From positions 480,001 to 544,000 of the forward strand of contig CAWBOC010000009.1 of the NCBI GenBank assembly GCA_963790305.1: DNA of 64,000 nucleotides, read 5' to 3'. Below the pieces are notes generated by a model. That model did not search any database and had not been told where the DNA came from. It was given only the letters and a program-made list of their open reading frames with translations. Position 1 is the stretch's first letter. The number at the start of each line of letters is the position of its first letter. The DNA comes from an uncultured Gemmatimonadaceae bacterium (GTDB lineage: Bacteria; Gemmatimonadota; Gemmatimonadetes; Gemmatimonadales; Gemmatimonadaceae). Positions 63,901-64,000 of this stretch are shown piece after piece. The position numbers and the translations under genes were made by a program.

Positions 63901-64000
63901 AGCCGGTCGCGCTTGGCGTCGTGGTGACGGCGGTACGACGGCAGATCTCGAAGCGGTCGGGGGCCGAATTTGCCCGCTTGACGATCGAGGATTTTTCGGG
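60911..64000 (+). CDS. dnaE: DNA polymerase III alpha subunit, 3' partial, +1 frameshift near 61680
   Basis: PHP FVHLHCHSEYSLLDG, TDHG; after the shift GPGRGSAAGS, FERFLNPERVSMPDVDVDF, KMDFLGL, open to window end. Confidence 0.97.

Overview
GC-rich bacterial chromosomal segment. Gene content and protein style suggest Gemmatimonadota (inference). It is mostly core metabolism: folE, tdk, coaE, gcvH/gcvP, an Opp-type ABC system plus a POT peptide transporter, thiO-like oxidase, lipA-pdhABC-lpdA-lipB, a UvrD-family helicase and dnaE (runs off the right end). I found no rRNA, tRNA, CRISPR array, transposase or prophage. Highlights: (1) a co-oriented nurA-herA-(exported protein)-mre11/sbcD-rad50/sbcC-GNAT cluster, i.e. 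all four components of the archaeal-type DNA end-resection machine in one bacterial locus; (2) a four-gene proteolysis cassette with an S8 protease bearing a T9SS-like C-terminal domain, coupled to a PorV-like gene; (3) a DEAD-box pseudo-helicase that keeps its DbpA RNA-binding domain; (4) divergent sigma-54 promoters around a perfect TGTGA-N6-TCACA site driving a degenerate GGDEF-like gene and a small unknown gene; (5) two families of inverted intergenic 7-mer and 9-mer microrepeats; (6) six +1 frameshifts, five of them GATG->GAATG, probably systematic sequencing errors that create false fusions in the ORF track. All family assignments come from motif recognition by eye, not database searches.
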